Positions 35,929 through 46,743 of a DNA stretch of 64,000 bases are shown in pieces. Made by a program: the position numbers and the translations under genes. Positions within the stretch are counted from its first letter, which is position 1; each line of letters begins with the position of its first letter. The notes under the pieces were generated by a model, which made no database searches, had not been told where the DNA came from, and saw only the letters and a list, made by a program, of their open reading frames with translations. The stretch comes from Acidobacteriota bacterium (lineage in GTDB: Bacteria > Acidobacteriota > Thermoanaerobaculia > UBA5066 > Gp7-AA6), in contig JAIVJS010000021.1 in NCBI GenBank assembly GCA_020199905.1, positions 14,649-78,648 of the forward strand. The letters run 5' to 3'.

Positions 35929-36563
35929 CGCCCGGCGGGTTCGGGAAGTTTCGATTCTCCCGCCCAGCGGTCCTGCGGGCCGGGCAGCTCCAGTCCCAGC
36001 CATCGCGCGGCGCGGACGCAATAAGCGTCCAGGAACCGCTCCATCGACGGGGACTGAAGATAGAACGCCGGCGTCGGCGGCGCGACGATCGCGCCCGCCT
36101 GTGTCGCGCGGCGCATGTTCTCGATGTGCACGAGGGAATAGGGGGATTCCCGCAGGGCGAGGACGAGGGGACGCCGCTCCTTCAGGCAGACGTCGGCGGC
36201 GCGCTGCAGAAGACCGCGGGAGATGCCATTGGCGATCGCGCCGAGCGTGCCCGCGCTGCAGGGGATGACGATCATTCCCGACGACGGATAGGAGCCCGAG
36301 GCGATCGAGGCTCCCACTTCCTCATGAGAGTGCAGGACGAGCTTCGCCGCCGCCGCGGCTGAGGGACTCAGGCGGCGGACCCAGTCAGCGGCGTTGCCGA
36401 TGTCCGGATCGAGCTCGGACCTGGCGACCCGCAGACTGGACGGCGAAAGCACGAGGTGCAGCCGCGCAAGGCCCTCCGCGGCCAGAGCGAGCTCGACGAA
36501 ACGCCGGGCCAGAAGCCCCCCGGACGCTCCAGAGACTCCCACCACGATTTCCGATCCCGCCAT
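35925..36563 (-). CDS. ubiX: Flavin prenyltransferase
   Basis: [35 protein letters not shown]. Confidence 0.9.
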   Translation of the reverse strand: MAGSEIVVGVSGASGGLLARRFVELALAAEGLARLHLVLSPSSLRVARSELDPDIGNAADWVRRLSPSAAAAAKLVLHSHEEVGASIASGSYPSSGMIVIPCSAGTLGAIANGISRGLLQRAADVCLKERRPLVLALRESPYSLVHIENMRRATQAGAIVAPPTPAFYLQSPSMERFLDAYCVRAARWLGLELPGPQDRWAGESKLPEPAGR

Positions 36564-36935
36564 CGCGGCGAGTCTACCTGTGCGCGTCGAGCCTGGCCGT
36601 CTCCCCGGCCGGACTCGAACCTCTGACAACCGTCCTGTCCGGCGACAAGAACGTTTTCCACCCGGGCTTCCTCACGCGGGCAGCGTTTCTCTGATCCGCG
36701 GGCGGATCGCCGTCAAGGCCGTTTGCCACCAGCCGCCGCGGGTCATTCCGGCTCCGTTCCTCCATCTCGCGCGCTGACAGCGCTTTCCACCTCGGCCGCC
36801 GCCGGGCACGGCTCTGGCCTCTGGCGGAGGCAAACAAAGGAGGGCCGATGGAGAACGCCTGACGCGAGGGACCCGATGAGGACACGCCCCGGATCGATCA
36901 TCGAAAACGAAACGCAACAGAAAGGACTCCTTCTG

Positions 36936-37352
36936 ATGAAAACGATTCTTCGACTTTTCTTCCCGGCGGCGGCCGCGCTGGCGCTGTCGGCGGTCGCCTT
37001 CGGCGCCGATACCCCGGAGGCGGCCGTCGGGAAGAAGATCAACATCAACCAGGCTTCGGCCGCCCAGATCGCGCTGCTTCCCCGGGTGGGTACCAAGGCC
37101 GCCGAGCGGATCGTCGAGTACCGCAAGGCGCACGGCTCATTCGGCCAGCCCGAAGAGCTGATGGAAGTGAAGGGGGTGGGCGAGAAGCTCTTCGGGGAGC
37201 TGAAGCCTTATGTCTCGCTGTCCGGACCGACGACGCTCGCCGCGAAGGTGCGCGCCGGTTCACGCACGGGACGCGCCTCGGGCGGCTCGGGCCGGGGATC
37301 CTCCGCGAAGAAAACCGCTTCCAACTCCGTCCCGGTGGGCAAGGGACGGTGA
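36936..37352 (+). CDS. comEA: ComEA-family helix-hairpin-helix protein
   Basis: KININQASAAQIALLPRVGTKAAERIVEYR..LMEVKGVGEK. Confidence 0.85.
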   Translation: MKTILRLFFPAAAALALSAVAFGADTPEAAVGKKININQASAAQIALLPRVGTKAAERIVEYRKAHGSFGQPEELMEVKGVGEKLFGELKPYVSLSGPTTLAAKVRAGSRTGRASGGSGRGSSAKKTASNSVPVGKGR

Positions 37353-37987
37353 TCACTCCGCCCGCCCGGGGCCGCGCGAGCGGCTCCGGGCCCCTCCTCT
37401 CGAGGGCCGCCGGCCGCAGGGGATTCTCGATCGTCGAGCTGCTGCTCGCGATGGTCGTCACGGCGACGGTGATGGGTCTCGCCGCTCCCGGTCTGGCGAA
37501 CCTGCAATCCTCGATTTCCGTCCGGTCGGCCGCCAGCGAAGTCGGTGCGGCGTTCTATCGGGCGCGAAGCCTCGCGATTTCTCAGAACCGAAACGTCGGT
37601 TTGAAGTTCGTTCGCAGCGGCGATCGGTACGAGTGGACCGTGTACGCGGACGGCAACGGCAACGGAGTGCGGACGGCCGACATCGCCCGGGGCGTCGATC
37701 GCCCGGTGGCGCGATTCACGTGGACGCACGGGGACGTGCATCCCTCCATCCTTCGGGGGATCCCCGTTCCCGATCCGGCCGGCTCCGGGTACCTCGACCG
37801 CATCGACGACCCGATCCGATTCAACGGGTCGGACATCTGCTCGTTTTCTCCGATCGGGGAGTGCACGCCCGGCTCCGTGTACCTCGCCGACGGGCGTGAC
37901 CGGATGGCGGTTCTGAGGGTGTACGGGCGCACCGGCAAGATGCGCGCGCTCTATTACCGCCGGGGGGAAAGGACGTGGAAACCATGA
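37349..37987 (+). CDS. GspH/FimT-like pseudopilin
   Basis: Prepilin site RRG|FSIVELLLAMVV. Confidence 0.85.
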   Translation: MITPPARGRASGSGPLLSRAAGRRGFSIVELLLAMVVTATVMGLAAPGLANLQSSISVRSAASEVGAAFYRARSLAISQNRNVGLKFVRSGDRYEWTVYADGNGNGVRTADIARGVDRPVARFTWTHGDVHPSILRGIPVPDPAGSGYLDRIDDPIRFNGSDICSFSPIGECTPGSVYLADGRDRMAVLRVYGRTGKMRALYYRRGERTWKP

Positions 37988-37992
37988 CCCTG

Positions 37993-38812
37993 TCAGGTGA
38001 GAGGGAAGGCGCGGGATGGCTCTCCGGGAGCGGCCCAGAGCAACGAGTCGGTGAATTCCGCGCCGGAGGCGACGCGCCCCCCGGCGAGCAGGCAGCGGGT
38101 GAGGCGGGCGCCGGCGGCCACGAAGGCTCCGTCCCAGACGGCGCTCGCGACGATCCGCACTCCTTCGCGAGAGGAGGGGATTCCAGACGTCGTCGACGAG
38201 AGCGCGCTCTCCCGGACCGATCCGCGAGAGAAGCCGGGGGGAGAGGACGCACACACCGGTGTAGAGGAGCGGCGGGGCGGGCTCTGTCCCGCCACTTCCC
38301 GCACGTTCGGGTCCGGCGCTTCCGGCCATGCTGGCCGGCGCACCGGCGCCGAATCGCGTGACGCGATCCCCTTCGGACTGAAGAGGCGTATACCGATCGG
38401 GCTCGCCGTTTGGGACGAGGAGAAGAGTCGCGAGCCTTCCGCTCCTCCGGTGGGCACGGACGAGGGCGTCGTAGTCCGGCTCGATCGCGGCATCGGAATT
38501 CACCACCAGAAAATCGCCGCCGGACAGCCAGTCGGTCGCGTTCGCGAGCGCGCCCGCGGTTCCGAGGATCTCGGGCTCTCGGAAGAAGCGGAGCTGCGGG
38601 AGTTCCGGCGAGCCGTCGACGAAGTCCTTCTCGATCTCCTCTCCGAGATGGTGGAGATTGACGCCCGCCTCCGACACCCCGAACTGGCGCAGTTGCGTCA
38701 GATGGGAGCGCGCGAGGGGGACGTTCAGAAAGGGGAAGAGAGGCTTGGGGATCCGCTCCGTCACCGGGCGGAATCGGACTCCACGTCCCGCCGCGAGGAG
38801 AAAGGCGCGCAG
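37993..38812 (-). pseudogene. NDP-sugar nucleotidyltransferase with an internal deletion/frameshift
   Basis: LRAFLLAAGRGVRFRPVTERIPKP...ILGTAG...YTG in one frame; the hexapeptide-like C-terminus (VRIVASAVWDGAFVAAGARLTRC) resumes in another frame near 38165. No ATG/GTG start found upstream (CTG at 38812). Confidence 0.7.
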
Positions 38813-38908
38813 GCGAGCCCTAGCCCCGAAGTTCGTACGGGCCGCGAGTCGCTCTGACGGAGAAGGCTGAGGCGCCCTGGATGCCCCGGCGCCCGCGCGG
38901 CGTCCGCG

Positions 38909-39508
38909 TCAGGGCGCGCCGCCTTCCCGGGTCGGAAACACCATGTCGGCGGGAAGGGTCGGCTCTTCGTGCCGGCGCTGCATGTACAGGCGCGCGTAGG
39001 AATAGGGAAGAGCGGATGAGAAGTCGAGGCCGAGAGTCTTGAGCACGCGGCGGATGGCGGGCGGATCGCCTTCGACCTCGACGAACGACCCGATCGGCGT
39101 CTCATCCAGGGCCACCGTGCAATCGACGAATCGCCACTCTTCCCGATACTTCTCGTAACGGAAGCGGCGCGCGAGGCCGACCCCGGCGAGAATGCCCTCC
39201 GTCTCGGCGGGATCCCCGACCTCCGTTTCGCGCTCCTCGCGGGACTTGATTCCACCCTGAAAGCGCGCCTTTCCCTTGTACGTGAGGGTGGCGCGGCCGC
39301 CGGCCCGCCGCAGGCGAATGGTGCGGCCCTGGGACGAAAGGCGCTTTTCCGCGTCGTCATAGAGGTCGTTCGACTCGAAGTGCCGAGGAGACAGGGGGGC
39401 CGCGCCGCCGGCTTCCAGGCGCCGGCGCACGTCTGAAAGATCCCGGCACGGGACCTTGACCTCGACTTCATCGTGCTCCGGAGTCGAGCCGGAGCCGGCG
39501 GAGCTCAC
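38909..39508 (-). CDS. CYTH-domain (class IV adenylate cyclase-like) protein
   Basis: EVEVK, IRLR, SREERE, YEKYREEW, ALDETPIGSFVEVEG. Confidence 0.9.
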   Translation of the reverse strand: MSSAGSGSTPEHDEVEVKVPCRDLSDVRRRLEAGGAAPLSPRHFESNDLYDDAEKRLSSQGRTIRLRRAGGRATLTYKGKARFQGGIKSREERETEVGDPAETEGILAGVGLARRFRYEKYREEWRFVDCTVALDETPIGSFVEVEGDPPAIRRVLKTLGLDFSSALPYSYARLYMQRRHEEPTLPADMVFPTREGGAP

Positions 39509-39942
39509 GCGAGCAGCCGGCGGGCGATCTCCTGCGCCCGCTTGCCGTCCACGCGGCCCTTGTGCTGCGCCATGACTTCCTTCATCACCGATCCGACGTC
39601 CCTGGCGGACGCGAAGCCCTTGTCCCGGATGATGCCGCGCACGACGGATTCGAGATCGGCCTCGGAGAGCGGCCGGGGAAGATAGGCCTCGAGGATGCCG
39701 AGCTCCTCCGTTTCCGCGGCGACGAGATCCGCCCGGCCGCCCAGTCCGTACTGCTCGATCGCCTCGCGCCGCTGCTTGACCGCCCGCCGGATCGCCGCTT
39801 CGACCTCCTCGTCGGTCAATGCCCGCTGCAGGTGGATCTTCTCGTTCTTCAGCGCGGAGAGAAGGAGCCGCAGGGTCGAGACGCGGCGCTTTTCGCCCGC
39901 TTTCAACGCTACCTTCAGATCATTTTCCAGGCGGGCCAGCAT
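39505..39942 (-). CDS. GatB/YqeY-domain protein
   Basis: LKVALKAGEKRRVSTLR, KQRREAIEQY..GRADL..ETEEL..LEAYLP. Confidence 0.9.
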   Translation of the reverse strand: MLARLENDLKVALKAGEKRRVSTLRLLLSALKNEKIHLQRALTDEEVEAAIRRAVKQRREAIEQYGLGGRADLVAAETEELGILEAYLPRPLSEADLESVVRGIIRDKGFASARDVGSVMKEVMAQHKGRVDGKRAQEIARRLLA

Positions 39943-40051
39943 CGCGCTCGGAGGATATCAACGACGCGGTCGCGGAACGCCCGGGGTCACGGGAGGCGGG
40001 AGGCGGAAGGGCGAAGGGCGAGGCTGGACGTCGTGCGGACTCGTATCTCAT

Positions 40052-40121
40052 TCGTTTCCCGTTTCCCGTTTCCCGTTTCCCGTTTCCCGTCTTCGTTCGC
40101 CTGCCGCCTGCCGCCTGCCGT
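40052..40121. repeat. Heptamer tandem arrays
   Basis: CGTTTCC x5, then CGCCTGC x3. Confidence 0.9.
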
Positions 40122-40139
40122 CCCCATATAGTTCCCGCG

Positions 40140-42037
40140 TGAAGCGATTCTTGATCGGCACCGCGGGGCACATCGACCACGGGAAGACCGCGCTCGTCAA
40201 GGCCTTGACCGGCATCGACGCGGACCGGCTGCCGGAGGAGAAGCGGCGCGGCATCACGATCGATCTCGGGTTCGCGCACGCGGAGTGGGAGGGCGTGCGC
40301 GTCTCGTTCGTGGACGTTCCCGGCCACGAGCGGTTCGTCAGGAACATGCTCGCGGGGGCGGGCGGGATCGACGCGGTGCTCCTCGTCGTGGCCGCGGACG
40401 AGTCCGTGATGCCGCAGACGCGCGAGCACTTCGACATCGTGCGGATGCTGGGGATCCGGCGTGGCGTGATTGCCGTGACGAAGATCGATCGAGTCGACGA
40501 GGATCTGCGGGCCGTCACGATCTCGGACGTGCGCGATCTGACAGCCGGTTCCTTTCTGGAGTCCGCCCCGATCGTGCCGGTCTCGGCGCGGACCGGGGCG
40601 GGGTTGCCGGCCCTCCAGAAGGCCCTGGTCGCGCTCGCTGGCGACGAGAGCGCGTCCCCGCGCGAGTCCCTGCTCGTCCGGCTGCCGATCGACCGCGCGT
40701 TTTCGATCGCGGGGTTCGGCCCCGTTGTGACGGGCAGCCTGGTCTCCGGAACCATCTCGACCGAGCAGAAGCTCGAGCTTCTCGCGTCGGGACGGCCCGT
40801 GCGCGTGAGGCGGATCGAGGTCCACGGCCGGGAGACGCCTGAGGCCCGGGCGGGCGAGCGCGTCAGCGTGAATCTCGCGGGCATCGAATTGCCGGACCTG
40901 CGCCGCGGTCTGGTGCTTGCGACCCCGGGGGCGTTCGCCACCACGTCTCTCCTGACCGCGCGCGTTCACCTTCTGCCGGGCGCGCCCGAGCTTTCGAGCG
41001 GAGACCGGGTGTCGCTTCATCACTTCTCCGCCGAGCTGCGCGCCGGAGTCCGACTCCTCGAAGACGAGACGCTCCCGCCCGGCGGAAGCGGGCTCGCGCA
41101 ACTGCGTCTCTCCGCCGCGATCGCGGCGGCGCCCGGCGACCGGTTCGTACTGCGCCGTCTTTCGCCGGTCGAAACCGTCGGAGGGGGTATCGTTCTGGAC
41201 CCGCTCTGGCCGGGGGCTCGCCGGGCGAGAGAGGAGAGCCGGTCCTCGTTGTCGCGATTCGAAGGCGCCTCCGCGGCGGAACGCATCGCCGTCTGGGTCG
41301 AGCAGGCGAGAGAGTCGGGCGTCTCGGAAGAGGATCTGGCGCGGCGCGCCGGCGTAGCCACCGAACGGATTCGCGCGGACGCCGCCGCGGCGATCGGCGC
41401 GGGAAAAATCCACGCGCTACGGAGGTCTCCCGAACGCTACATGGCCGAGAGCACGCTCGTTCGGGTCGCCGGACGGGCGCTCGACGAAATGGCGCGCCTC
41501 CTCTCCGCGGGCGGGGCCGTCGGCGTCTCGCGGCGGACGCTTCTCGCGCGCATCCTTCCCGGCGCGTCGGATGCGCGGTGGGCGGAGGCCGTCGAGGCGG
41601 CGCTGGTCGCCCGCGGCGCCTACACCCTGGCGGGCGAGGAAGCCCGGCCGCCGGGGCGCGACGATCTCGGCGGCGCCGATCGGGAGCTCTCTTCGCGCAT
41701 CGCGGACACGTACCGCCGACGCGGGCTCGACCCCCCGTCGCTGCCGGACGTGACCCGTGAGATCGGACACAAGGCGAAGGTGGTCGAGGGCCTCGCCGGG
41801 TACCTCGTCAAAAAGGGGACACTGCTGCGCCTGCCGGGCGGGTGGCTGATCGCCAGAGAAGCGGTGGACGACGTCGTCTCGAAGCTTCGCGGCTCCGGCC
41901 GGCCGTCGCTCGACGTCGGAGAGTTCAAGGAGATGTTCGGACTGACGCGGCGGCTCGCCATCCCCCTTCTCGAGTATCTCGACGGGGCGAAGATCACGCG
42001 GCGGGTCGGCGACCGGCGGGAGATTCTGCCGGGCTAG
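40140..42037 (+). CDS. selB: Selenocysteine-specific elongation factor
   Basis: [39 protein letters not shown]; C-terminal winged helices ([29 protein letters not shown]). Confidence 0.95.
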
Positions 42038-42144
42038 CGGCGCCCCGCGCAGCAGCGGAACGCTCGCCGCTCGACGAACGCGCCTCGTTACAAACGGTAA
42101 CCCGGCCAGGAGCCTGTCCGAGCCATCTCCTGCTGCGCAGCGGA

Positions 42145-42606
42145 TCACGTCTCGGGATCGGGCCCGCCGTCTCCCTCATCCGGAGGAAAGCTTTCGCGTG
42201 GCGATTCGCGGTTGACCGCGGGCTTCCGAAGACCTCTCGGGCCGAAAGACGCCAGCGGAGGGTCCGCGCTCACGCCGAGGCCGGCCTTCCACATCGCCTC
42301 GTCCTCGGCTGTCCTCGCTTCGACTTCGAACGGGATGCGGCCGTACGCCGCGGAGTGGCCGAGACCGCGAAGCCGCCCCTTCACGTACGCGCCCCCGTAC
42401 CGGAACAGGAAGCCGAGAAAACCGTGGCGCGCGAACTGTCCGACGTGCGCGATCTCGTGGGCGATGAGACGCGCCCCCGGCTCCGTCTTCTCGGCGATCG
42501 CGCGCTTCGCATCCGCGGAGAGAAATATGTTCCGCCCGAACGTGACCCCGTCCGCGCGCAGGATGCGGGCCACGACGCGGGCGAACCAGTGCGTGTGCAG
42601 CCGCAC
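42145..42606 (-). CDS. DUF4157-like protein with a HEXXH motif
   Basis: GVTFGRNIF, LIAHEIAHVGQF, IPFEVEAR; start uncertain. Confidence 0.65.
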   Translation of the reverse strand: MRLHTHWFARVVARILRADGVTFGRNIFLSADAKRAIAEKTEPGARLIAHEIAHVGQFARHGFLGFLFRYGGAYVKGRLRGLGHSAAYGRIPFEVEARTAEDEAMWKAGLGVSADPPLASFGPRGLRKPAVNRESPRESFPPDEGDGGPDPET

Positions 42607-42672
42607 CCGCCGCGCCTGCGGAGACAGGGCGACGAATGCGCGGGGGAGAAGAAACCTCGCGATGGCGGAGTA

Positions 42673-43728
42673 TTAAGGAGCGGTTGCCGACAGCTCGGGA
42701 AGGCTCTTGCGCAGGTTGGCTATCTGCTTCACGTCGACGGAGTAGCCGATCTGACCTGAGACGACGAGCTCTGCCCACGAGTCGACCGGCTGCCCGTTGA
42801 CGCGAGCGGGACGAAACTGCCACGAGCCGATCTGCCGCCGGAAATCGGACAGCAGAACGGGGTCCGAGGCCTGGATCGGGATCGAGCGATCCGCTTTCCC
42901 GGCCGCGGTGATGTGGACCCAGACGCGCACCGAGAACGGGCCTCGATAGGAGTCGGCGTCCCACTTCGTCTTCTTCGGGATGGCGAGGCTCTCGAGCTGT
43001 TCGACGGCGACACTTCCATCCGTCGGAGGCGGCGCGGCCGGCAGCGAGTCGTACCACGCGCTGTCGGGCCGCCAGTCGAGCGGCGCGGGAAGGGGACTGG
43101 CGGGTGTGACGGGCGTCAGGGTGATCTGCTCGATCTTCGGGGCCTTGACTTCGATCCGGAGGTCGATTCGCACGCTGACGGACGAGTCCACCGGCTGGCC
43201 GCCCCGGCGCCCCGGCTCGAAGACCCAGCGGTCGAAAGATTTTTTCGTTTCGGCGGCCAGCGATGGAATCGGATCCCGCGCGCGCCGGGACGTCCCCGGC
43301 TTTCCGGTGCGATCGACGCGGACCGACGCATAGAGCGGCTCTTCGACGACCTGATCGGTGAACACGGGCTTGGGGGGGAGAGCCGCCGGAGCCTCCGCAG
43401 TGAGACCGAAGGGGTTCTCGGCGGGAAGGGTCTCGATGCGCACCGAGGGCGGGTCCGAGAGACGCTGCGCGGAGGGGGCCGGCGGCGAGGAAGATGGACC
43501 GCCGGAGCCCGGCGCCACGCGAGGATTCGCCGGAACCGCCGGGCGCGCCGCGGGCGCCGTGGGAGCGGCCGCTCCGGTGGGAGCCGGGCTCGCGGCAGTC
43601 TCCCCCATGGGCGCCGCCGGCGTCGCGGCCGGTGTGGGCGTAGGCGCGGGTTCCTGCGCGGCCGCCGTGGCGCCCGCGAAGAAAAGGCCCGCGGCGAGCG
43701 CCAGGCCGGAAAACGCCCGAAGGTCCAT
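42673..43728 (-). CDS. Secreted Pro/Ala-rich protein with two TonB-C-like domains
   Basis: Signal peptide; WVFEPGRRGGQPVDS and WQFRPARVNGQPVDS. Confidence 0.6.
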   Translation of the reverse strand: MDLRAFSGLALAAGLFFAGATAAAQEPAPTPTPAATPAAPMGETAASPAPTGAAAPTAPAARPAVPANPRVAPGSGGPSSSPPAPSAQRLSDPPSVRIETLPAENPFGLTAEAPAALPPKPVFTDQVVEEPLYASVRVDRTGKPGTSRRARDPIPSLAAETKKSFDRWVFEPGRRGGQPVDSSVSVRIDLRIEVKAPKIEQITLTPVTPASPLPAPLDWRPDSAWYDSLPAAPPPTDGSVAVEQLESLAIPKKTKWDADSYRGPFSVRVWVHITAAGKADRSIPIQASDPVLLSDFRRQIGSWQFRPARVNGQPVDSWAELVVSGQIGYSVDVKQIANLRKSLPELSATAP

Positions 43729-43756
43729 GGAGTTACGGGCAAGTATAGCCGGTCGG

Positions 43757-46200
43757 CTATTTCGCCGAGAGCCAGTCGTGACCCGCGCCCACGTCGACCG
43801 CGAGCCTCACCCGGAGGCTGGCCGCGCCTTCCATGACCTCGCGCAGGAGCGACGTCAGGGTTTCGACCTCCCCGTCGGGCGACTCGAGCACGAGCTCGTC
43901 GTGGACCTGCAGAACGAGACGCGACGCGAGCCCGCGCTCTGCCAGCGTGTCGTCCAGGCGGACCATGGCGATCTTGATGATGTCGGCCGCCGCGCCCTGA
44001 AACGGCGCGTTCAGGGCCATCCGCTCCGCGTTCCCCCGCACGTTCGGGTTGGAGGCGGCGATGTCGGGGATGGGCCGGACCCTGCCGAAGATCGTCGTCA
44101 CCTCGCGAGTCCGGCGGGCCTCCTCGAGGATGCCGTCGAGGCAGGCGCGGACCCTCGGGAACTGCGCGAAATAGGAGTCGACGTAGCTCTTCGCCTCGGA
44201 CGTCGAGACGCCGAGCTCCTTGCCGAGCGTAAAGGGCGCCATGCCGTAGAGCAGCGCGAAGTTGATCCGTTTAGCGGCGAACCTCATTTCGTGGCTGACG
44301 AGGTCCGGTGAAACGCCGAAGATTTTCGCGGCGGTCGCGCGATGGATGTCCTGCCCCTCTTCGAAGGCGCGAATGAGGGCCTCGTCTCCGGAGAGGTGCG
44401 CGAGGATGCGCAGCTCGATCTGCGAGTAGTCCGCGACGACGAGCTTTCCGCCCGGGGGGGCGACGAACGCTTTTCGGATCTCGCGCCCGGCCTCCGTGCG
44501 AATCGGGATGTTCTGGACGTTCGGGTCGGAGGACGACAGCCGTCCGGTCGCCGCGACGGTCTGGCGGAACGAGGAATGCACGCGCCCCTGCGAGTCGGCC
44601 AGCGCGGGCAGGGCGTCGACGTACGTCCCCTTGAGCTTCGAAATCTCCCGGAATTCGAGCACGAGCTTCGGCAGGGGGAAGCCTCGCTCGGCGAGCTCCG
44701 TCAAGACCTCCACACCGGTCGAGGAGCTCCGGGTCTTCGCGGTCTTCTTGAGAACGGGGTAGCCGAGCTTCTCGAAGAGAATCTGCCCGAGCTTGACGGG
44801 GGAGTTCACGTTGAATTCCTCGCCCGCCTCCGCCCAGATCTTCTGCTCGATCGCGCGCAGGTCCTTTTCCATACGCGTCGATATCTCGCGCAGAAAAGGG
44901 ACGTCGACCGCGACGCCGGCGATTTCCATCCGCGCGAGCACGGGCGTCAGAGGCCTTTCGATCTCGCGGTAGATGCGGTCGAGCGCCGGCCTCGCGGCCA
45001 GCTCCTCGCGCAGCGGTTCGGCGAGGGCAAACGCCGCCGCCGAACGCTCGGCCAGCCAGCGGTCGGCATTCGCGATCTCGTAGGAGTCGGGCAGGGCGCA
45101 CGAGGAGATCCCCGCTTCCTTGTCGGAGAGCAGGCGCTGCCCGAGCCGCTGGAAGGCCATCGGCTCTAGGTCCGGGCTCGCGACGCCCGAAGAGAGGACG
45201 TATTGCGCCAGACACACGTCGAACAGGTTGCCGATGACGCGGAGGCCCGCGCGCGCGAGGAGTGCGTCGAGCGGCTTCGCGTCCGCCATCGCGAACGATG
45301 CCCCGGGCCGGTCGATCGCCGCCCACAGCTGCGCGACGCCGGCCGCGCCGGCCTCGGCGACCTGGGAGGCCGTGCCGTCCGAAAGGCCCAGAAGCGCGTC
45401 GCCCGCGCGGTTCAGGAGCGCAACGCCCGTCCAGCCGCCCGAGAGCGCGGGCGTCTCGCCGGCGGCCAGGCGCCGGGAGGAAACCTGCGGAGGCGCCGCG
45501 GAGTCTCCCTGGATCTCGGCCGCGAGCGAATGAAACTCGAGCCGGACGAAGATTTCCTTCAGGCGCGGGAAATCCGGCGGCGAGCAGCGCAGGTCTTCCG
45601 GGTCGAACGGGATCGGGAGGTCGGTCGGGATCTCCACCAGCCTCCGGGACAGGAGGGCGGCTTCGCGATTCTGCCGGAGGCTCTCTCCGACCTTTCCCTT
45701 GATCTCGTCCGCCCGCTCGAGAAGCGCGGTCAGGCTGCCGTATTCGAGGATCCACTTCTTCGCTGTCACCTGGCCGACCCCCGGTACGCCGGGGATGTTG
45801 TCGACGCTGTCTCCCATCAGGGCCAGCACGTCCGCGACCTGCGACGGCTTCACGCCGAAGAACGCCTCGACCCCCGCGTCGTCCAGGAAGGACTCCTTCC
45901 CGGTATGAAAGACGCGGACGCGCGGACCGACGAGCTGCAGCATGTCCTTGTCGGCGGTGACGATGACGACGTCGTACCCGGCCGTCGCGGCCTTAGCCGA
46001 CAGGGTGCCGATCACGTCGTCGGCTTCGTAGCCAGGAAGCTCGAGGATCGGGATCCGATACGCGTCCAGGAGGAGCCGGATGTCGGCGAGCTGGGAGGAG
46101 AGGTCGTCCGCCATCGCCACCCGGTTCGCCTTGTACTCGGCGTACGCGTCATGGCGGGCGGTGCGCTCGGGGCCGTCCCAGGCGATCGCGCACAGGTCGG
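43757..46200 (-). CDS. polA: DNA polymerase I, 5' end apparently missing
   Basis: YEADDVIG, GDSVDNIPGVPGVG, TGRLSSSDPNVQNIP, DYSQIELR, LQVHDEL. Homology starts abruptly at PDLCAIAWD; no LIDG..FRAY N-terminus in any frame. Confidence 0.9.
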
Positions 46201-46331
46201 GGGGCGGCGGAAAGGGCACTTCTGCCGGGCGATGGCGAGTCCGCTCCTCACTCGCAGGGCGGGAAGCGTGGTCTCCGGCGGAATCCAAGTCGCGGGGGCG
46301 CAGCGACTTGGCCCGTCCGAAGTTCCCGCAG

Positions 46332-46408
46332 AAAAGAAAACGCGCGACCCGTTGCCGGAGTCGCGCGATCATTGAAACCAGAATAACAAACGCGCACGGA
46401 AGAGTCAA
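46332..46408 (-). ncRNA. Candidate small RNA unit B (promoter plus about 42-nt hairpin transcript)
   Basis: TTGACT(46408-03)-N17-TATTCT(46385-80), then CGCGCGACUCCG-GCAA-CGGGUCGCGCG and UUUUCUUUU. Confidence 0.5.
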
Positions 46409-46564
46409 GACATTTCGAAAGGGGCGTTCCCGCGCGCCGCATCCCGTAAGACCCAATGAATTCGAGCTCACGACGCGACCCTTGCGAGTTTCTGTTCCAG
46501 GGCCGGGACGCCGGCCGGCGAGCCAGGGGAAACGGGGCCAGAGGGTTGCGGGAAGAACCGGCGG

Positions 46565-46644
46565 AAAAAAGAAATCGCGCGATCCGTTTCCGGAGTCGCG
46601 CGATCGAATGCAAGAACTCTAACAAACGCGCACGATACCGTCAA
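46565..46644 (-). ncRNA. Candidate small RNA unit A (promoter plus about 45-nt hairpin transcript)
   Basis: TTGACG(46644-39)-N17-TAGAGT(46621-16), then AUCGCGCGACUCCG-GAAA-CGGAUCGCGCGAU and UUCUUUUUU. Confidence 0.5.
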
Positions 46645-46743
46645 GCAAAATCGATCCGCGTTCCCTTCCGGTGTAACCGGCGTCTCGTGAGCGACTTGGG
46701 AGAATCAAACGCGTCGATTGCGCGCTGGAATCGTGCGATTCGC

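Noticed and set aside
36815-36900. c-di-GMP-I riboswitch upstream of comEA (GGCAAAC...GACGC)
   Set aside because: Only fragments of the consensus; the GNRA-capped stem and the second stem pairing could not be built.
40140-42037. Complete sel locus (selA, selC, selD)
   Set aside because: Only selB is present; the single tRNA found has a CAT anticodon, not TCA.
46332-46644. rRNA operon P1/P2 promoters or a type I toxin-antitoxin pair
   Set aside because: No rRNA or boxA follows, and no small hydrophobic ORF lies antisense; kept only as candidate sRNAs.
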